NCBI RefSeq assembly: GCF_009914755.1
Contig: NC_060947.1
Length of the DNA stretch: 64,000 nt
Strand: one strand, 5' to 3'
From: the human T2T-CHM13v2.0 reference genome, Homo sapiens
The position numbers were made by a program, and so were the translations under genes. The stretch's first letter is position 1; each line of letters opens with the position of its first letter. Below, piece after piece: positions 43,437 to 58,781 of this stretch. Under the pieces are notes generated by a model. That model was not told the DNA's origin and searched no databases. It saw nothing but the letters and a program-made list of their open reading frames with translations.

Positions 43437-44074
43437 TAATAAGTTATAATAGCTAATATGTACATAGTGGGTCAGCATCTAACTTGCTGAATTCTTTACA
43501 TATACTAACTCTTAATTGTCTCCAAAAACATATAAGGTATATGTGAGCTTTATCCCCATTAGTTGAGAACACTAATGCAGGGACAGATTAGCTAACCTGC
43601 CCAACACCACAGAACTATAAAAGTGGAGCCAGAACTCAAGCTGGGTGGCTTGGCTTTCACCTGCCTGCCATAGGACACTGGCTCAGGTGGGGATTGAGAC
43701 CATCATTTCTCTCCCACATCCCGCAATCTCCGCACTGTGGGGATCCATGGCTGAAACAGTTTTCAACAGTGACAAAAATTACCAGTGGAAGAAAAAATAA
43801 AGTTTTGTGATATTAGCACCAAACACAGTCCCATGATGCATGAGTGTGCATATAGTAAATGCTCAATTAATATTAGCTCTTGAAATTGTATTATTAAGAC
43901 TTTGAAATTGCCTATACATTTATTTTACTTGATCATACCTTTGTTCACACCCTCCAATCAGTGTTAAATTTACAATTATCAAGTTAGTGATGTATGTGTG
44001 TTTCAGAAAATTTTACAATAATTAGTGTGCATTGTATCTGACTGGCTATATTTTTTGTGATACGGTAAAAATTA

Positions 44075-44393
44075 TTATTATTATTTTACTTATTTATTAA
44101 CTTTGGAGACAGACCTCACTCTTTTACCCAGGCTGGAATTCAATGGCACGATCACAGCTGGCTGTAATCTCAAATTCCTAGGCTCAGGTGATCCCCCTGC
44201 CTCTCAGCCTCCCAAGTACCTGGGACTACAGGTGGATGCCTCGAAACCTGGCTAATTTTTTAAATAATCTTTATAGAGATAGGATCTCACTATTTTGCCC
44301 AGGCTGGTCTCGAACTCTGGGCTCAAGCAATTCTTCTGTATTAGCCTACCAAAGTGCTGAGATTAATAATAGTCATGAGCCACCACCCCCAGC
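44075..44393 (-). mobile_element. AluJ (diverged)
   Basis: Antisense dimer with (TTA)n-like tail. Confidence 0.85.
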
Positions 44394-44576
44394 CTATTAT
44401 TACTGTATTAGGTTTGAGGTTTTGTTTGTTTCTTGGTTCGCTTAGCTTTGTTTACAGGTTTGTTTAAATACACAAGTGAGATGGTGAAACTAATTGTATC
44501 TGTGTGTGCTTCCCCTATTTTCAAATCCGATATTGCTAAAATCTGATGGAACAAAATATTCCCACTGAAAGTGTTT

Positions 44577-44899
<323 letters not shown>

Positions 44900-45594
44900 C
44901 TACCTGGTGAGTCTCCCTGAAAAGAACTCTGTTCATCCATTCTAGTTCTGCCTAGTAGGAGTGTGTTCACAGTTGCTGCCCTTGAGGTCAGGAATGTTTC
45001 CATGCATCCTGCAGGCCTCGGTCACCACCTCTCCTTTTATGGGGTCCCTGGTCTCTATCCTCCATGCAGACTCAACTGTCTTTCCTGCAGTCCATGGTTA
45101 TGTATTTCCTAACTAGGTCTGCCTCTTCATAAAGGAAAACCCTTCCTGGGGGTACTCACAACACAGCATTCTTCCTGGCTTCTCTTTTGCTGTTGTTGGA
45201 AATCCCAAGCACTGAGGAGGGAGAGAAAGGCAGGGGCTTTTTATCACACCCATAGGTGATGCCATTTGGGTGCAAGGCAGAATGCAGACCACTAACACTC
45301 TCTGTTCAAATAATCACTATTTCATGTTTCCCCTTGGTTCTCAGTGATGTGATTCACTCTCGCAAACGTTATTTCATTTATTTAGAGCTAGTTATAAGCC
45401 ATTGTCATGTAGCTGATACAATATTTCAAAGGTTAAAGAATAAATTATCTAGATTAAAATTCTTCTGGACTTTATTCCAGAATTTGGACAAGATAACCTA
45501 TTACAGAAGGCCACAAGACAGAACGAGATCCTGTATCAAAAAATGCAATTTCATATTAATATGAAGATGATCAGCCATTTGTACTCATATTTAT

Positions 45595-45870
45595 CTGTTG
45601 CCTAGACTGGAGTGCAACGGTGCAACCTTGGATCACTGCAGCCTCAACCTCCCAGGCTCAAGCAATCCTCTCACCTCAGTCTCCTGAATAGCTGGGACTA
45701 CAGGCATGCACCACCATGCTCAGCTATTTTTTTTTTTTTTTGTATTTTTTATAGAGACGGAGTCTCACTATGTTGCCCTGGTTGCTCTCGAACTCCTGGA
45801 AGCAAGCGGTTGGTGCCTGCTGGGCCTCCCAAAGTGCTGGGATTACAGGCATGAGCCAATGTGCCTGGCT
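45595..45870 (-). mobile_element. AluJ (tail lost)
   Basis: Antisense dimer. Confidence 0.85.
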
Positions 45871-46080
45871 AGAATTGCATTTTATAATCTAAGTTGTCAT
45901 ATAAAAACTTTATCCTATGGTATTCATATCATTTGTAATAATTTACATTCTACTTAATAAATAAGTTTTTGATCACTATCTAAAAGTATCTTTTAAAAAC
46001 ATTAATTATACAGGATGATAGATTTTCAATAGTCAACATGAACTAAAGCAGAAAGGTGCTAATTAAACTAACAGTTATGG

Positions 46081-46378
46081 GGCCGGGCGTGGTGGCTCAT
46101 GCCTGTAATCCCAGCACTTCGGGAGGCTGAGGAGGGAGGATTGCTTCAGCTCAGGAATTTGAGACCAGCCTGGGCAACATGGCGAAACTCTGTCTCTACA
46201 AAAAAATACAAAAATTAGCGAGGTTTGGTGGTGCACGCCTGTAGTCCCAGCTACTCCACAGGCTGAGGTGGGAGGATTGCTTGAGCCCAGGAGCAGAGGC
46301 TGCAGTGAGCTGTAGTTACGCCACTGCACTCCACCCTGGGTGACAGAGTGAAGCCCTGTCTCAAAAAACAAAAAAAAT
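46081..46378 (+). mobile_element. AluJ
   Basis: Full dimer. Confidence 0.9.
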
Positions 46379-48981
46379 CAGCATTTATGGAACATTCATA
46401 TCATTTTAAAGAAAGCTTAGCATAAAGAGAATACATTAGTCAAAGCATACAAAACTTTGGAGGAATATCAGCTGTGGAAACTAAGAAGGTTATCATCCAC
46501 ACTATAATGACGTTTCGAATAAGCCTCTCCATGTAAGTTCATCATTACAACTAAAGATTTGGGGGTTCAGAGAGATGCACATAGCCATTCCAACTCGCCC
46601 TGGGTAGTCAGTCAAGAAGACACCTAGGACATAAGATATAACGATATAAATATTTTCATCAAGATGACATTGATAGAACTCTGACTTTTCATATGATGCT
46701 AATGTTATCCCTTTATATCAACAGAAATTACAATACAGATTGTCTAGAAACCCTAAGTCATGTCATTGTACAAGTGTTTGCTGAACGTGGACCATGAATG
46801 TGCTGTGAGGACAGGGAAGGGATCCTAAAGATGAACGCCACCTGATCCCTCTCCTCAGGGTCTTTCAGGGAGCGCATCATTAAGGCAAGTGCTTACAAAT
46901 TGCATGAGCTCCTATACTGGTGATACAAGAATAGACAGTGTCGTGCTCAGAAGAGGCAGCATCTCAGAAAAAGCTTCAGAAGATGTCCTCAAAGATGACC
47001 TTGAAAGAGGAGAGAGAGAGAAGGAGCATGTTTCTCAGAGTGGGACCCATGAAAAGCAAGAGGTGGAAAATGTAGCCAACCACCCAGTGACCTCAAGAGG
47101 TCTAGACTATGATTCTAGCCAAGGTTCTGACAACACTGATGACTAATATGAAGATGTAGGCCTACACAAACACACACAAAAACAGGAAAATACAAAGGTA
47201 TTTTTAAAACCTGAGGATATCTCAGAGGGATTTTTAAGTTAAAAAGAAGTATCTCTAGGATGGTCCATTATTTATTGAATTTTCTTTTGAGTCCCAGTGA
47301 CCCCCTAAATTTCTAAACTAAAAAGTAGGAGGACAAATTTAATTTTGGTAGATTTCTTGATTAACTACAACAATATGGTATGCTCAGCTGAGAAAAGAAT
47401 TTACCTGCAGGTTTTAGTGTAGTCATTCTGGATATTTCCGGATGTGAATATGAATGTTCAAATGAACATAAATGACCTTGATTTGTACCCTAAGTTATCT
47501 CAACAAAATTGTATGTCCTTTCCTCAAACAGAGCAATCTTTCAAACTGTATTTATTTTTTTAACTTGCAAATTTAATAAATCATCTGATTTTTGGTCTTG
47601 GATTTGCTCCCATTTCTCAACACAACATTCATCTTACTTAATTTTTAGCATTATGAAATCAAGAAAATATTAATGAATAAAAAAATTCTATTTAGAATTT
47701 TAGAAGAATAAGTTTAAAAATAGAGGATTGATTTTACACAATTTTGCTCCTCCCAAATCATCCCACAATTCTGATAAACTCTCAAGAAATTAATTTATTG
47801 ACCACACTGCTAGTTTTGACCCACATCTTTATAAGGAATTTAAAAAGCACATAGACTCATCCATCCAGTGAGCAGTAGAAGTAAGCAACACTGCACGGCA
47901 GATTTGTAGCTTTAGTGTTAGAATGTAAATGATTAAACCTCAAAATCCTGAACTTTCTTAGACTGCATCACTGTCAATCTTCCAGGCACGGACCAGAATG
48001 AGAAATTTGACAAAAATTTTCTATGACATCATCTTTAATGAAATACAGGCAAAAAATGTAAAAACTCTAGGGACATTAATACAGATGAGGAAGTTTTTTT
48101 AAAGATAGCCATTTAGAAAAAATCACATGCATGTACTGAGTGATCCAAACATTTTTGGTAAATCATGCTAATTTAGAAATACCAAAGCAAACAATCAAGG
48201 AAGATCGATATTCCCTTAGGTGAGAGAGGAACTTTCCCCTACAGTGCGTTGATTTTACAATGAAAGACATCCTTCCCTCAGTCTCCCTGGCTTGGCTGCA
48301 TATCTCAGAAAACTGTGATAGCTGACTTAACACTTGTTTTTACCAGGCAACATTTGATTTTCTCATTCATTAAATGAATATCTATAGAGTGTCTTACAAC
48401 TACTCATTTCTTTAATAAATACCCAGTAAGGGCTGATCTATTCCAGATTCATGCAATACACATGTTTAGAGAATGCAGAGAAAAATTCACTAACCCCCCA
48501 GATCCTCCACACATATCCATAAGTAGACAAAGAATAAAAAAGCCTTTGAGATCAGGTGAGCTCAGAGAAGAAAGTAAATAATGGGTTAAATAAGAACACA
48601 ATCGAGGGTGGAACCCACTTTAAATGGGAACAGGACAGGGTGCTCTGGGCAGAGGGAGTGGCACACAAAAATGTCCTAACACGGTATCCACTCAGATCAC
48701 AAAACCAAAAGAGGACTGGGACAGCAGTTCAGTGAGAAGAGGATGGCCTGGGATGAAGGTGGAGAAGTGAGCAAGAGGCTTACTGTATAAAAGTGGAATA
48801 GGTCAGTGAAAGGAATTTGGGGTTCATTCTCAGTGTCATGAGAAACAGTCCTTTGTAAAACATTTTAGACTACGAAGGAGAAAGACAAGGATGGGCCAAA
48901 GATAAGTAATGTCAAGGCCGCCTTCAACACTTTCTAAATACCTGTTTTAAAGTGCTTTATATGCTTAATTTATTCCTTTCC

Positions 48982-49298
48982 TTTTCTTTTTTTTTTTTTT
49001 TTTTTTACAAGATCTTGCTCTGTCACACACGCTGGAGTGCAATGGTGCAATCCTAGCTCATTATAACCTTGAATACCCAGGCTCAAGCAATCCTCCTGTC
49101 TCAGCTTCCCAAGTAGCTGGGATCACAGGCATGTGCCATCATACCTGCCTAATTTTTATTATTATTATTATTATTCTTTGTACAGACAGGGTCTCCCTAT
49201 GTTGCCCAGGCTGGTCTCGAACTCCTGGGATCAAGCAGTCCTCCTGCCTCAGCCTCCCAAAGTGCTTGGATTACAGGCATGAGCCACAGTGCCTGACC
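48982..49298 (-). mobile_element. AluJ
   Basis: Poly-T then antisense dimer with (ATT)n linker. Confidence 0.88.
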
Positions 49299-50619
49299 TT
49301 AACTTATTTATTTTGCAAACATCCCTCGAGGTAGGTACTCTTCTCACAGCCCTCAACAGCTGAGGAAACTGAGACACAAGACGTCAACTACTGAAATTCA
49401 CACTCAAGAAAGTATCAGGTCTCCTGGCCTCTGTAATGGAAATTGATGACTACCACAGAGGAATACAAACAATGCATGTTAGAGAGAGCAGTGAAAGAAA
49501 CAGCATTTTAGCCCTCAGTCATGAATAAGGTGTGGAGATGGGAAAATAACAGTATTCCAGGTTGAAAGAGAGCCTGAGAAGAATGAGAAAAAGCAAGAAA
49601 CCAAGGTGAAATGCAGTGATTCCTATCCATACTCAGGTTGGGTGGAGGATGAAGTATAACACCCAGAGGAGTAAAATGATGACTGCAGTTGTAACGGCGG
49701 AGATGGGGCAGGTGGTGAAGCACAGTGGATGCTTGTTTATGAATTTTGAACGAGATAGTAGTCTTACATAATCAATTATTTGTGAAGATGAAGAAAGAAT
49801 AGCTTTAAAAATAGATTGGAGAGTGTACAAGTCATAGACAGGATATGATTAAAATAGTAACACATAAAGTGAGAAGATGACCAAGGAAAGTACAGATGTA
49901 TCTCAGAAGAAGAAATGACAGGACCTGTTATTTCTGAAAGTGATTTACACTGGGGATGGGAAAGAGAGGGGATTCAAATCCAAGATGAGGAATTGAGAGG
50001 AGAAGATGCCATGAGCAGGGAGCAGGGTAAGCTTGGCAAGAAAGATGATGGGACAATTTTGGGAACACTGAATTGAGTTTTGGCCAGAGCATATAGGCAA
50101 TGTTGTTGAAAGGGGAGCTGTAAGGGCAGGAAGGAACTTGGAAGAGAAGTGAGAGCAGAAGATAGAGACCCCTGTGGTCTCTCCGATGGAAATAATCATC
50201 AAACCATGAGTAGATGCAAAGCTACATAGGACAGTACGGAAGGAAGAGGAGTGATTCGAGGATGGAATTTAGGGAGCGACAGTAACTGCAAAGGCAGGAG
50301 GAACAGACAATCAGAAAAGTCAGTTCAATTAATAGGCAGTGAAGGAAAATTAGAAGAATAGATTTGAGGAAGGAGAAAGTTACTCAAAGCAGGAGCAATA
50401 AATAAGACAGGGCCTATAGAGAAACTCCAAGCAGGATATGGGTTTGTTGAGGGGTCAGCCCTTCCAGTGGTCAGCTAGACAACTGAGGGGATGCCACCTG
50501 CTGTCAGAAAAAAAGGTATAAGGGAAGTGGGAACAATTACAGAAATGTTTCTCAATAAGAGTACCTGCTCTTGAAGTCAGGACACAAATAGGTCTTGGAA
50601 TTATGATTAGAATGGTTGA

Positions 50620-50930
<311 letters not shown>

Positions 50931-51652
50931 TCTGAAAACGTCTTGATAATGGATATGTCTGCCAAGTTTCAGGAAAAAAGAAAAATGCATCCAAGCAACA
51001 TAATATGGAAGACTGAAAAACAGTAATCTCTCAAAGTCTATTGATTACCTTATAATCACCAAAAAAAATAGTAAACATCTCTGTCAGTCTCATGTGTCTC
51101 CAAAGCATCTAATAATGCTGACCTTCACCTACCTCTGAACTCTCTCCCTTTTCTTAACTGGACAACTCCACCCATAACTGCAACCTTGGATGGTTATTCA
51201 TTGTCTTGGCCTCTATCCAATAGTTTGCAAGATTCTATCAGTATCATCCTTCCAATGCCTCTGCAGAGCCTCATGCCATCCCCATTTCCTCAATCTCTAC
51301 CACAGTTGAATCTATAACTAGATCTCAACTTGCATTACTGACCTTCTGTCTTCTATCCCTACCTCTACTATCATGAAACTGCTATTCCTTAAATAATTCT
51401 GCAAAAGTCCTAATATGATTGCCCCATTGCCTACAGAATAACATCTATATGGCTTACCATCAAGTTGCACCACCTGAAATGATCTGATTTCAATTTCATC
51501 ACCCAAACTCAACATGCCCTTGAGACAACACTCAACACAACACAGCCCATTCCTCAACACTTGCTGTACCTATGTGTTTGTTCACACTTTCTCCTTTGTC
51601 CTTATGACAAAATTCTATGCAGCTCATAAGCCACCTCCTTTGGAAGAGCTTC

Positions 51653-52184
51653 TGGTGATAGTCTAGCTTCTGAGATGGCCAACTGACACCTGCAATTAAC
51701 ACCTTCCTGGAATCCTCATCCACATGGTGCCAGATTTGATTTGAACAACCAATAGCATGTAGCAAAAGTGACAAGGTGTCACCTCCAAATCAAGTGCAAA
51801 AGTGACAAGGTGTCACCTCCAAGATCAAGTTCTAAGAGTGTGTGGCTTTCACCTTAGACTCTCTTTCAGCCTCCCTCTTTCTCTCCTCACTTTCAGAAAA
51901 GCCAGCTGTTAATGTCACACGTCTAGCCCTAGGGAGAAGCCCATGTGGCCAAGAACTGAAGCCTCCTGCCAAGTGACACATAAGTGAGATTCTCCAACAC
52001 CGTCATAAAACTGCAAGCCCTGTCTACAACTTGACCACAACATCATGACGGACCCTGAGCTAGAACTGGCCAGCTACACTGCTCCTAAATCCCTGATGTA
52101 TAGAAATGCATGAGATGATAAATGTTTGCAGTTTTAACCTAAGGTTTAGAAGAATTTTTTATGCAGCAATAGATAACCAATGCA
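51653..52184 (+). mobile_element. MLT1F-like LTR
   Basis: agcccatgtggccaagaactgaagcctcctgccaa...gcagcaatagataaccaatgca. Confidence 0.78.
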
Positions 52185-52927
52185 GTGTCCTAAATGACAC
52201 AAATGGAAAACAAGATTCTGTGCTGCCAAGGTCTGTGTTTTTACCCACTTATGGAATGTGTGACGTGCATGCCTTGTAGTATAGGTACTTTCATTTCTCA
52301 TTTTCTCTTCCTTACTGAGAGTCTCCCTGGGATCAGAGGTTGAATCTTATCTGTGTTTCTATCACTGACGGTATCTGGCATGGTGACCTTCTCAAAGTAA
52401 GATGTCAGTACATAGTTATCAAATGTATAAACGAAGAAGGAAGAAAAGATGTTGTATGCATGGTTTCTCAGTCTTTAAAGGAAGAATAGCTGCATGCAGC
52501 CTGGAATTACCAGACCTTCGTTTGAGAAGCCATATACCTGTGGATCCCTGAAATGAGAAACAATCTGCTGCCTTCAAGTTGCTGTAGTGTTTTGAATGAT
52601 AAGCCTAGCATTTGGGGGCCATGGGGAAATAAATAATGCCCAGCACGTCAATGAGTTTTTATGGTTGTTGTTATTAATCTTTAAGTCCCTCACAGTCCAT
52701 AGCACATGGTAGATGCCCAATAAATATGCATTGGCTTGAATTGACTGGGAAACTGAAAACATAAAGATAACTTATAAATCAGTAGAGCACAACTGGATGA
52801 CAAAAAGCAAATGATGAGACCCAGAGCTGTGGATGCCGGCCTCTGAACAGGAAGGAATAAAACAGAATGTTGAGCTCAAAACTTAAGCAGGTCATGTGTG
52901 CACATGTAACCCAGAAATACCCTAAGG

Positions 52928-53100
52928 CAGTAGTTCTAAAAGAGTGATCCCAAGACCAGTAACGGCAACTTCAACTGGGGAATTATGGGTCCCATCTCAG
53001 ATCTGCTGACTCAGAAACTCCTGGGATGGATCCCAGCAATTTGCCTTTAACAAGACCTCTAGGACACTCTGATGCTTATGTTTGAGAAACACTACACTGG
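52928..53100. mobile_element. MER5A
   Basis: cagtagttct...tcagaaactc...cccagcaatttgcctttaacaag...tttgagaaactac. Confidence 0.75.
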
Positions 53101-54766
53101 ACCATCTGCTTCAAAAGCAATGAAGACATTGGGTTTAGCACCTCCTTTCAGTAACAATGTACCGAAGACTATCATTCTGAGAAATTCAGCAACAAAATGG
53201 ATGGGAATTAACCCCAGAACCCATGGTTTTGTGGATGCAGCAATCAGGCAAACCAGGAAACCATGAGCCAATTCTTACCATTACAACACATCGCTGAGGG
53301 TCTGCAGCAGGAGCTCAAACTCTATCCCTTTTATCACTAAAAGATGTCACCCTGCAACACGATCATCCCCCAATGTATTCATCTCTACAACCATTTCTTT
53401 CAGTTATTTCTACCTCCTCCCAACTTGCAGTTTTCTCATCATTGGGAAGACCTTTCATGAACCCTGACAGCATCCCCATACCTACGAATTCTCATATTCT
53501 CCTAGCCCCATGCCCATTGGCTGTGCCACTCTGATTAGAGTCATGGTGTCAGAAGCATTTATGCTATTGCTTGATAAGTGTCTTTATCCTCCAGCAGAGC
53601 ACACACTCCAGGAGGGAGCTGGTGTCTCTTCTTCACCTACCTCACTGAGCAGCCCAGTGCCTGCCAGTCAACGGGCACTCAGTGATCAGTGTACTAAAAG
53701 CACAGCTAAGTTTCAAAAAGTTCTGACATTCACATCAAATGTGAGGTTAAAGAGGGTCGCATTAATCCAATTTCTAAAGGTTAAGAAAGATCTCTTCCCA
53801 GATAAGAAAAGAGAAGGCATGAATAACAAAACTCTATGTCCATACAAGAGCAGGGAAAGATGTAGTGTTTGATCATTTGTTTAATGGTTTACAATTCACA
53901 AGTTTGAAGTTGAAAATACACTGGAGAAACCCAACGTTGCAGTTCCTATTTCCTGAGAGTCAGACATAGAATAAAGTGAAGGCAAAAATTGAATACTATG
54001 AAGTGTACTCCCCACCACCAAGTTCAATTTCAGTGCAATTTCAATTATCTACCATAAATTACACACTGTGCTTTTAGGATACTACCTGACTTCTGAGGAT
54101 CTAGATGTCTTGCAGTGTGTAAATACTTGTGAATGGGTTTTAAATTACACCATTTCTACTAGCAAGCCTCCTCTTGCCAATTCATATCCAACACTTAACC
54201 AGGTCACAATGAAGTTTATTTAGAAAACACACGGAGCATCTCATATCCCTAATCATGGTTTAAAATGAGCAGTATTCAAGTCAAGCGTCTTAATTACAAT
54301 GATCATTGTTCTCAAATCATATAGCTTAGAAAGGCCCTGGAGACAGGTCCAACTCACTCATTTTACAGTTGAGGGAAGGGAAACCCAACTGTTGATCTTC
54401 AGACACCTGCAATGAATTATGAGACCCCCCACTCCACAATGTGTTGATGCAGTGACATGGAGCAGTGGAGTCTCTAAAATCCTCATGACGATGTGAAAGT
54501 GATTCTGGAAGACAAGTGTGGCTGGGTGAGGAGTCTGCCCTTCAAACCCAGCTCTGCCCCAAGCTGGCTGCATAACTTCAGGTCCATCCATTATGTACCA
54601 CATGGGCTATGAGTGATATGTTCATTAATTTGATTGTGATCATTGTTACACAATGTATACGTACATCCAGTCATCACACTGGACACTTTCCATATTACAG
54701 TCTTTGTCAAATAAGTATTTTTAAATGAAAAAAAATGAATTTAAATAAATAACTCTGTGTCTTGGT

Positions 54767-55200
54767 GTATGAGTTTCCTAGAGTTACTATCAAAAAGAAT
54801 CACAAGGCTTATGTCTCAGGAAACAGGAATATACTCTCTCAAAGTTCTGAAGTCTAGAAGTCCAAAATCATGATGTTGGCCATGCTCCCTCTGAGGGTTC
54901 TTGGTGAGGATACTTTCCTGTCTCTTCTAAATTCAGGGAGTTGCCAGTAATCCTTGGCATTCCCTTTTTGTAGCTGCATCATGCCAACCTTCCATCATCA
55001 GATGGCCGTCTTCACCCTGTGAGTGTCTGTGTCTTCACATGGTGGTTACGACACCAGTTGTACGGAATAAGGGCCACCTTAATCACCTCATTGTAATTAC
55101 ATCTGCAAAGACCTTATTTCAAAATAAGATCACATTCTGAGGTGCTGGGCATTAGGATTTCAATATATCTTTTTGGGGAACACAATTCAATCTGTAACAC
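54767..55200 (-). mobile_element. MLT1B/C-like LTR
   Basis: tgtatgagtttcctaga...aattacatctgcaaagaccttatttc...cacattctgaggt. Confidence 0.82.
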
Positions 55201-55326
55201 AGTTCAATCCATAACAGTAAACCAGATTTTATTTGTAAAATTAGAGGGTAAGAATCAAGGTATTTTAGTTTCAATCACTAAAATGTCAAGCCTGGAACAA
55301 AGTAGAACAATAAAATTGCACTAGAT

Positions 55327-55370
55327 TCTCTCTCTCTCTCTCTCACACACACATACACACACACACACAC
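55327..55370. repeat. (TC)n(CA)n compound microsatellite
   Basis: Directly visible. Confidence 0.95.
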
Positions 55371-56941
55371 AGACATATTTAGAATTGGGAATTGAGAAAA
55401 TGCAACCTTTGGATGGATGGGTGGATGAGTTTACTTTCAAACAGGCATTTTATCATCATACAAAAATGACCTTGCCATTTCTACACATTTGCATCACATT
55501 GATGAATGAGGTCAGAATATATTCTCTCTGCACATATTCAAAACTGCATCCACCATAAATGTGGAGCACAACTGCAACCAAACTGTATTTGGGAGCAATT
55601 TGCATACATACATCAAACACTGTGTGCAATAATGTATAATAAGTTAACTTTTCCTTTTCTCCTATAATTGGCTGGAGCCTGATTTATTGACCTATTTCCT
55701 TGTAGAGCAAAAACTTATTGTAAACCCATCCCATTACTTAGTTGGAATATTTTAACCATGGCATCAACATCTCAAAAATGTAACCAAATTTTTAAAAATG
55801 TACCCAAGAAGAAGTAAAACACTTACGTTTATGAGTGGCTTAATGAAAATAATATAGATTCCTTGTATCAAATATAAATATTAAATAAATGCATATGGGA
55901 AAAGAACAGGATTCACTGCATTATACAATTTTATAGAATGAAAATCTTCTTGACTAGTTGGTGAGTATCTCCCAGACTTTTAGAAATTTGATATGGAGTG
56001 AAAGTTGGTGCTTCAAATGAAATGAGGCTTATTGCTATTTTATTAACATTGGAATAAAAATAACTGGTTTTGCATATATCCTTTTATTATTAAAGATGTA
56101 AAAGGTGTCCATTTATTATCAAAATTAAAAACGATATTATAAAATAACCTATTATGAGGTCACTTATGACAAATGTTATACTGCATTCTTTGGGGTTGGC
56201 GACATTAATTCTGAATCTCTGCGGTTAATAATACATCTTTTAAAAACACATCTGCCACATAAATTCATCTCATATTCACTCACAGAATATCAAAAGTTCT
56301 TATTTTGTTGGATAATCTAATTTTAATCAATCAATGTAACAGTTCAGAAAATATAACACCATTTTCAAACAGTCTTAAATTTAATTTTCTGTGCAGCACA
56401 TTTCTGGTGTTCCCATTGATGTTAATAAGTTCTAATAACTGACAGCTCTCATCAATGTGTTCATATCTGTGGAACAGTAAATCTCATTTTTCACATCAAA
56501 TGTTCAAATACTCTCTTCCCATCTACTGAGCTTTCATTTGGAACATGATTTTGCCCAATTTTAGATAAGCTAGCTGCATTTCGTTCTGCACTTTGTTCTA
56601 TCAGATACTTATCAAGGATTTTCTTTTTCTTTATTTCCAGTCTTTGTTTTCTCGTAAGCTCTCACTTATATAAATCAATGCCACCTCCTTTCGGATAACG
56701 TGCGTTATATTAACTGTCCCCAAATGTCAATCCGATTCTCATTACAATTGATAGAATTCATAAAGTCTATTCTGGTTATGAAAAACATCTTCCAAAATAA
56801 TGTGGTTACTATCTCTCATTGCACTCTTTGCCCAGTTTATCTTATCTGGTCATGCCCAGTATACACGTCGGGGCTACTAGAACCCAAAAACCAGTGAAAT
56901 TCCCCATGTAAAACTTGGAATAAGTACACCTCATTTCATAA

Positions 56942-57832
56942 CAGAGCTTTTTAACTGGGATGGATTTTACTCCCAAGGGGATATCTGAGACTGTCTGCAG
57001 ACATTGTGGATGTCAAACTCAAAACATAACAGAGGTTGATGAGGATGCAGAGAGAAGGGAATCCACATACACTGTTGATGGGAATGTAAATTAGTATAAG
57101 TTCTATGGAAAACAGTATGGAGAGTCCTCAAAGAACTAAAAATAGAACTACCATCTTATCTAGCAATCCCACTACTGGGTATCTACGCAAATAAAAAGAA
57201 ATCGCTATGTCAAAAGGATACCTGCACGCATACGTTTAATACCGCACTATTCACAATAGCAAAGATATGGAATCCAGCTAGGCATCCATCAATGGATAAA
57301 TGAATAAAGAAAATGTGGTATATATGAATAACGAAATATTATTCAGCCATAAAAAGAACGAAACTATCTCTTTTGCAGGAGCATGGATGGAACTGGAGGC
57401 CATTACCTTAAGTGAAACAACTCGGAAACAGAAAGTCAAAAACCACATGTCCTCACTCCTAAGTGGGAGCTAAATAATGTGTACACATGGACACAGAGAG
57501 TGGAATAATAGACCCTGGAGAATCAAAAAGGTGGGAGGGTGGTAGGATGATGAGGAATGAGAAATTACTTAATGGATACAATGTATGTTATTTGGGTGGT
57601 GGTTACACTAAAAACCCAGATTTCATCACTATGCAATATATCCATGTAACAAAACAGCACTTGTGCCCGTTAAATTTATATAAGTTTTTTTTAAAACAGG
57701 AACGTGTATACAACGGGCACCTAGAAGCTTGAGTCCAGCAATACCATTCAGCATCACGCAAGGCACAGGACAGCCACCACAACAAAGAATTATCCAGCCT
57801 CAACGTCAAGAGCACCAAAGTTAGTAAATCTT
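56942..57832 (+). mobile_element. MER20 split by L1PB
   Basis: 5' half (ggattttactcccaaggggatat...agacatt) at 56942-57017; 3' half (gcacaggacagccaccacaacaaagaattatccagcc) at ~57715-57832. Confidence 0.75.
57019..57697 (+). mobile_element. L1PB (PB4-like) 3' end
   Basis: ORF2 end plus 3' UTR ggacacagagagtggaataatagac...gagaaattacttaatgg...atatccatgtaacaaaac. Confidence 0.9.
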
Positions 57833-58123
57833 GTTTTGTAAGAGACATGCATCCTTTTAAAATATCTGAGTAAATCAAGTCACATTTTAAATTATACAGA
57901 ATTTAATAGTTTGTAAAATTCTCTAGTGCATCCTTGTGTAACAGGTTCCAATGATCTACTAATAATAGTTCACCATCCCTGATACTCGCTTAGAAGTCTG
58001 GATTTATATCATGCATACACACACACTCACAGATACACACACATACACACACACAACTCTTCTTAAAATGAGGCATACTTACATTAGCATAAGAATGATA
58101 GCCAACTATCTATAACTGTATAG

Positions 58124-58414
<291 letters not shown>

Positions 58415-58536
58415 TAGCCTCTATCATTCAAAATATCACATGCAATGTGGAGTTCAATAGAACTAATAATTTTACTTAACTGTGGGTTGGCAAAGAGGAA
58501 AAAATTGCAGTTGATTCTTTGTGCGTGCGTGTGCGC

Positions 58537-58541
<5 letters not shown>

Positions 58542-58574
<33 letters not shown>
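58542..58574. repeat. (TG)16 microsatellite
   Basis: Directly visible, with (GTGC)n-like lead-in. Confidence 0.95.
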
Positions 58575-58583
<9 letters not shown>

Positions 58584-58667
58584 ATGGTGCAACAAAAGCT
58601 ACCTTCTGACACCCCTCTATCTTTGCTTCTCATCAGATCTGTATCTCTGCCAGGTACTAGATAATAT

Positions 58668-58781
58668 GAGGCTGAGGTGGGAAGATTGCTTGAGCCCAGA
58701 AGTTCAAGACCGCATCGAGCTATGATTGCATCACTGCACTCCAGCATGGGCGACAGAGCGAGACCCTGTCTTCAAAATAAA
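58668..58781 (+). mobile_element. Alu right-arm fragment
   Basis: gaggctgaggtgggaagattgcttgagccc...gagaccctgtc. Confidence 0.85.
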
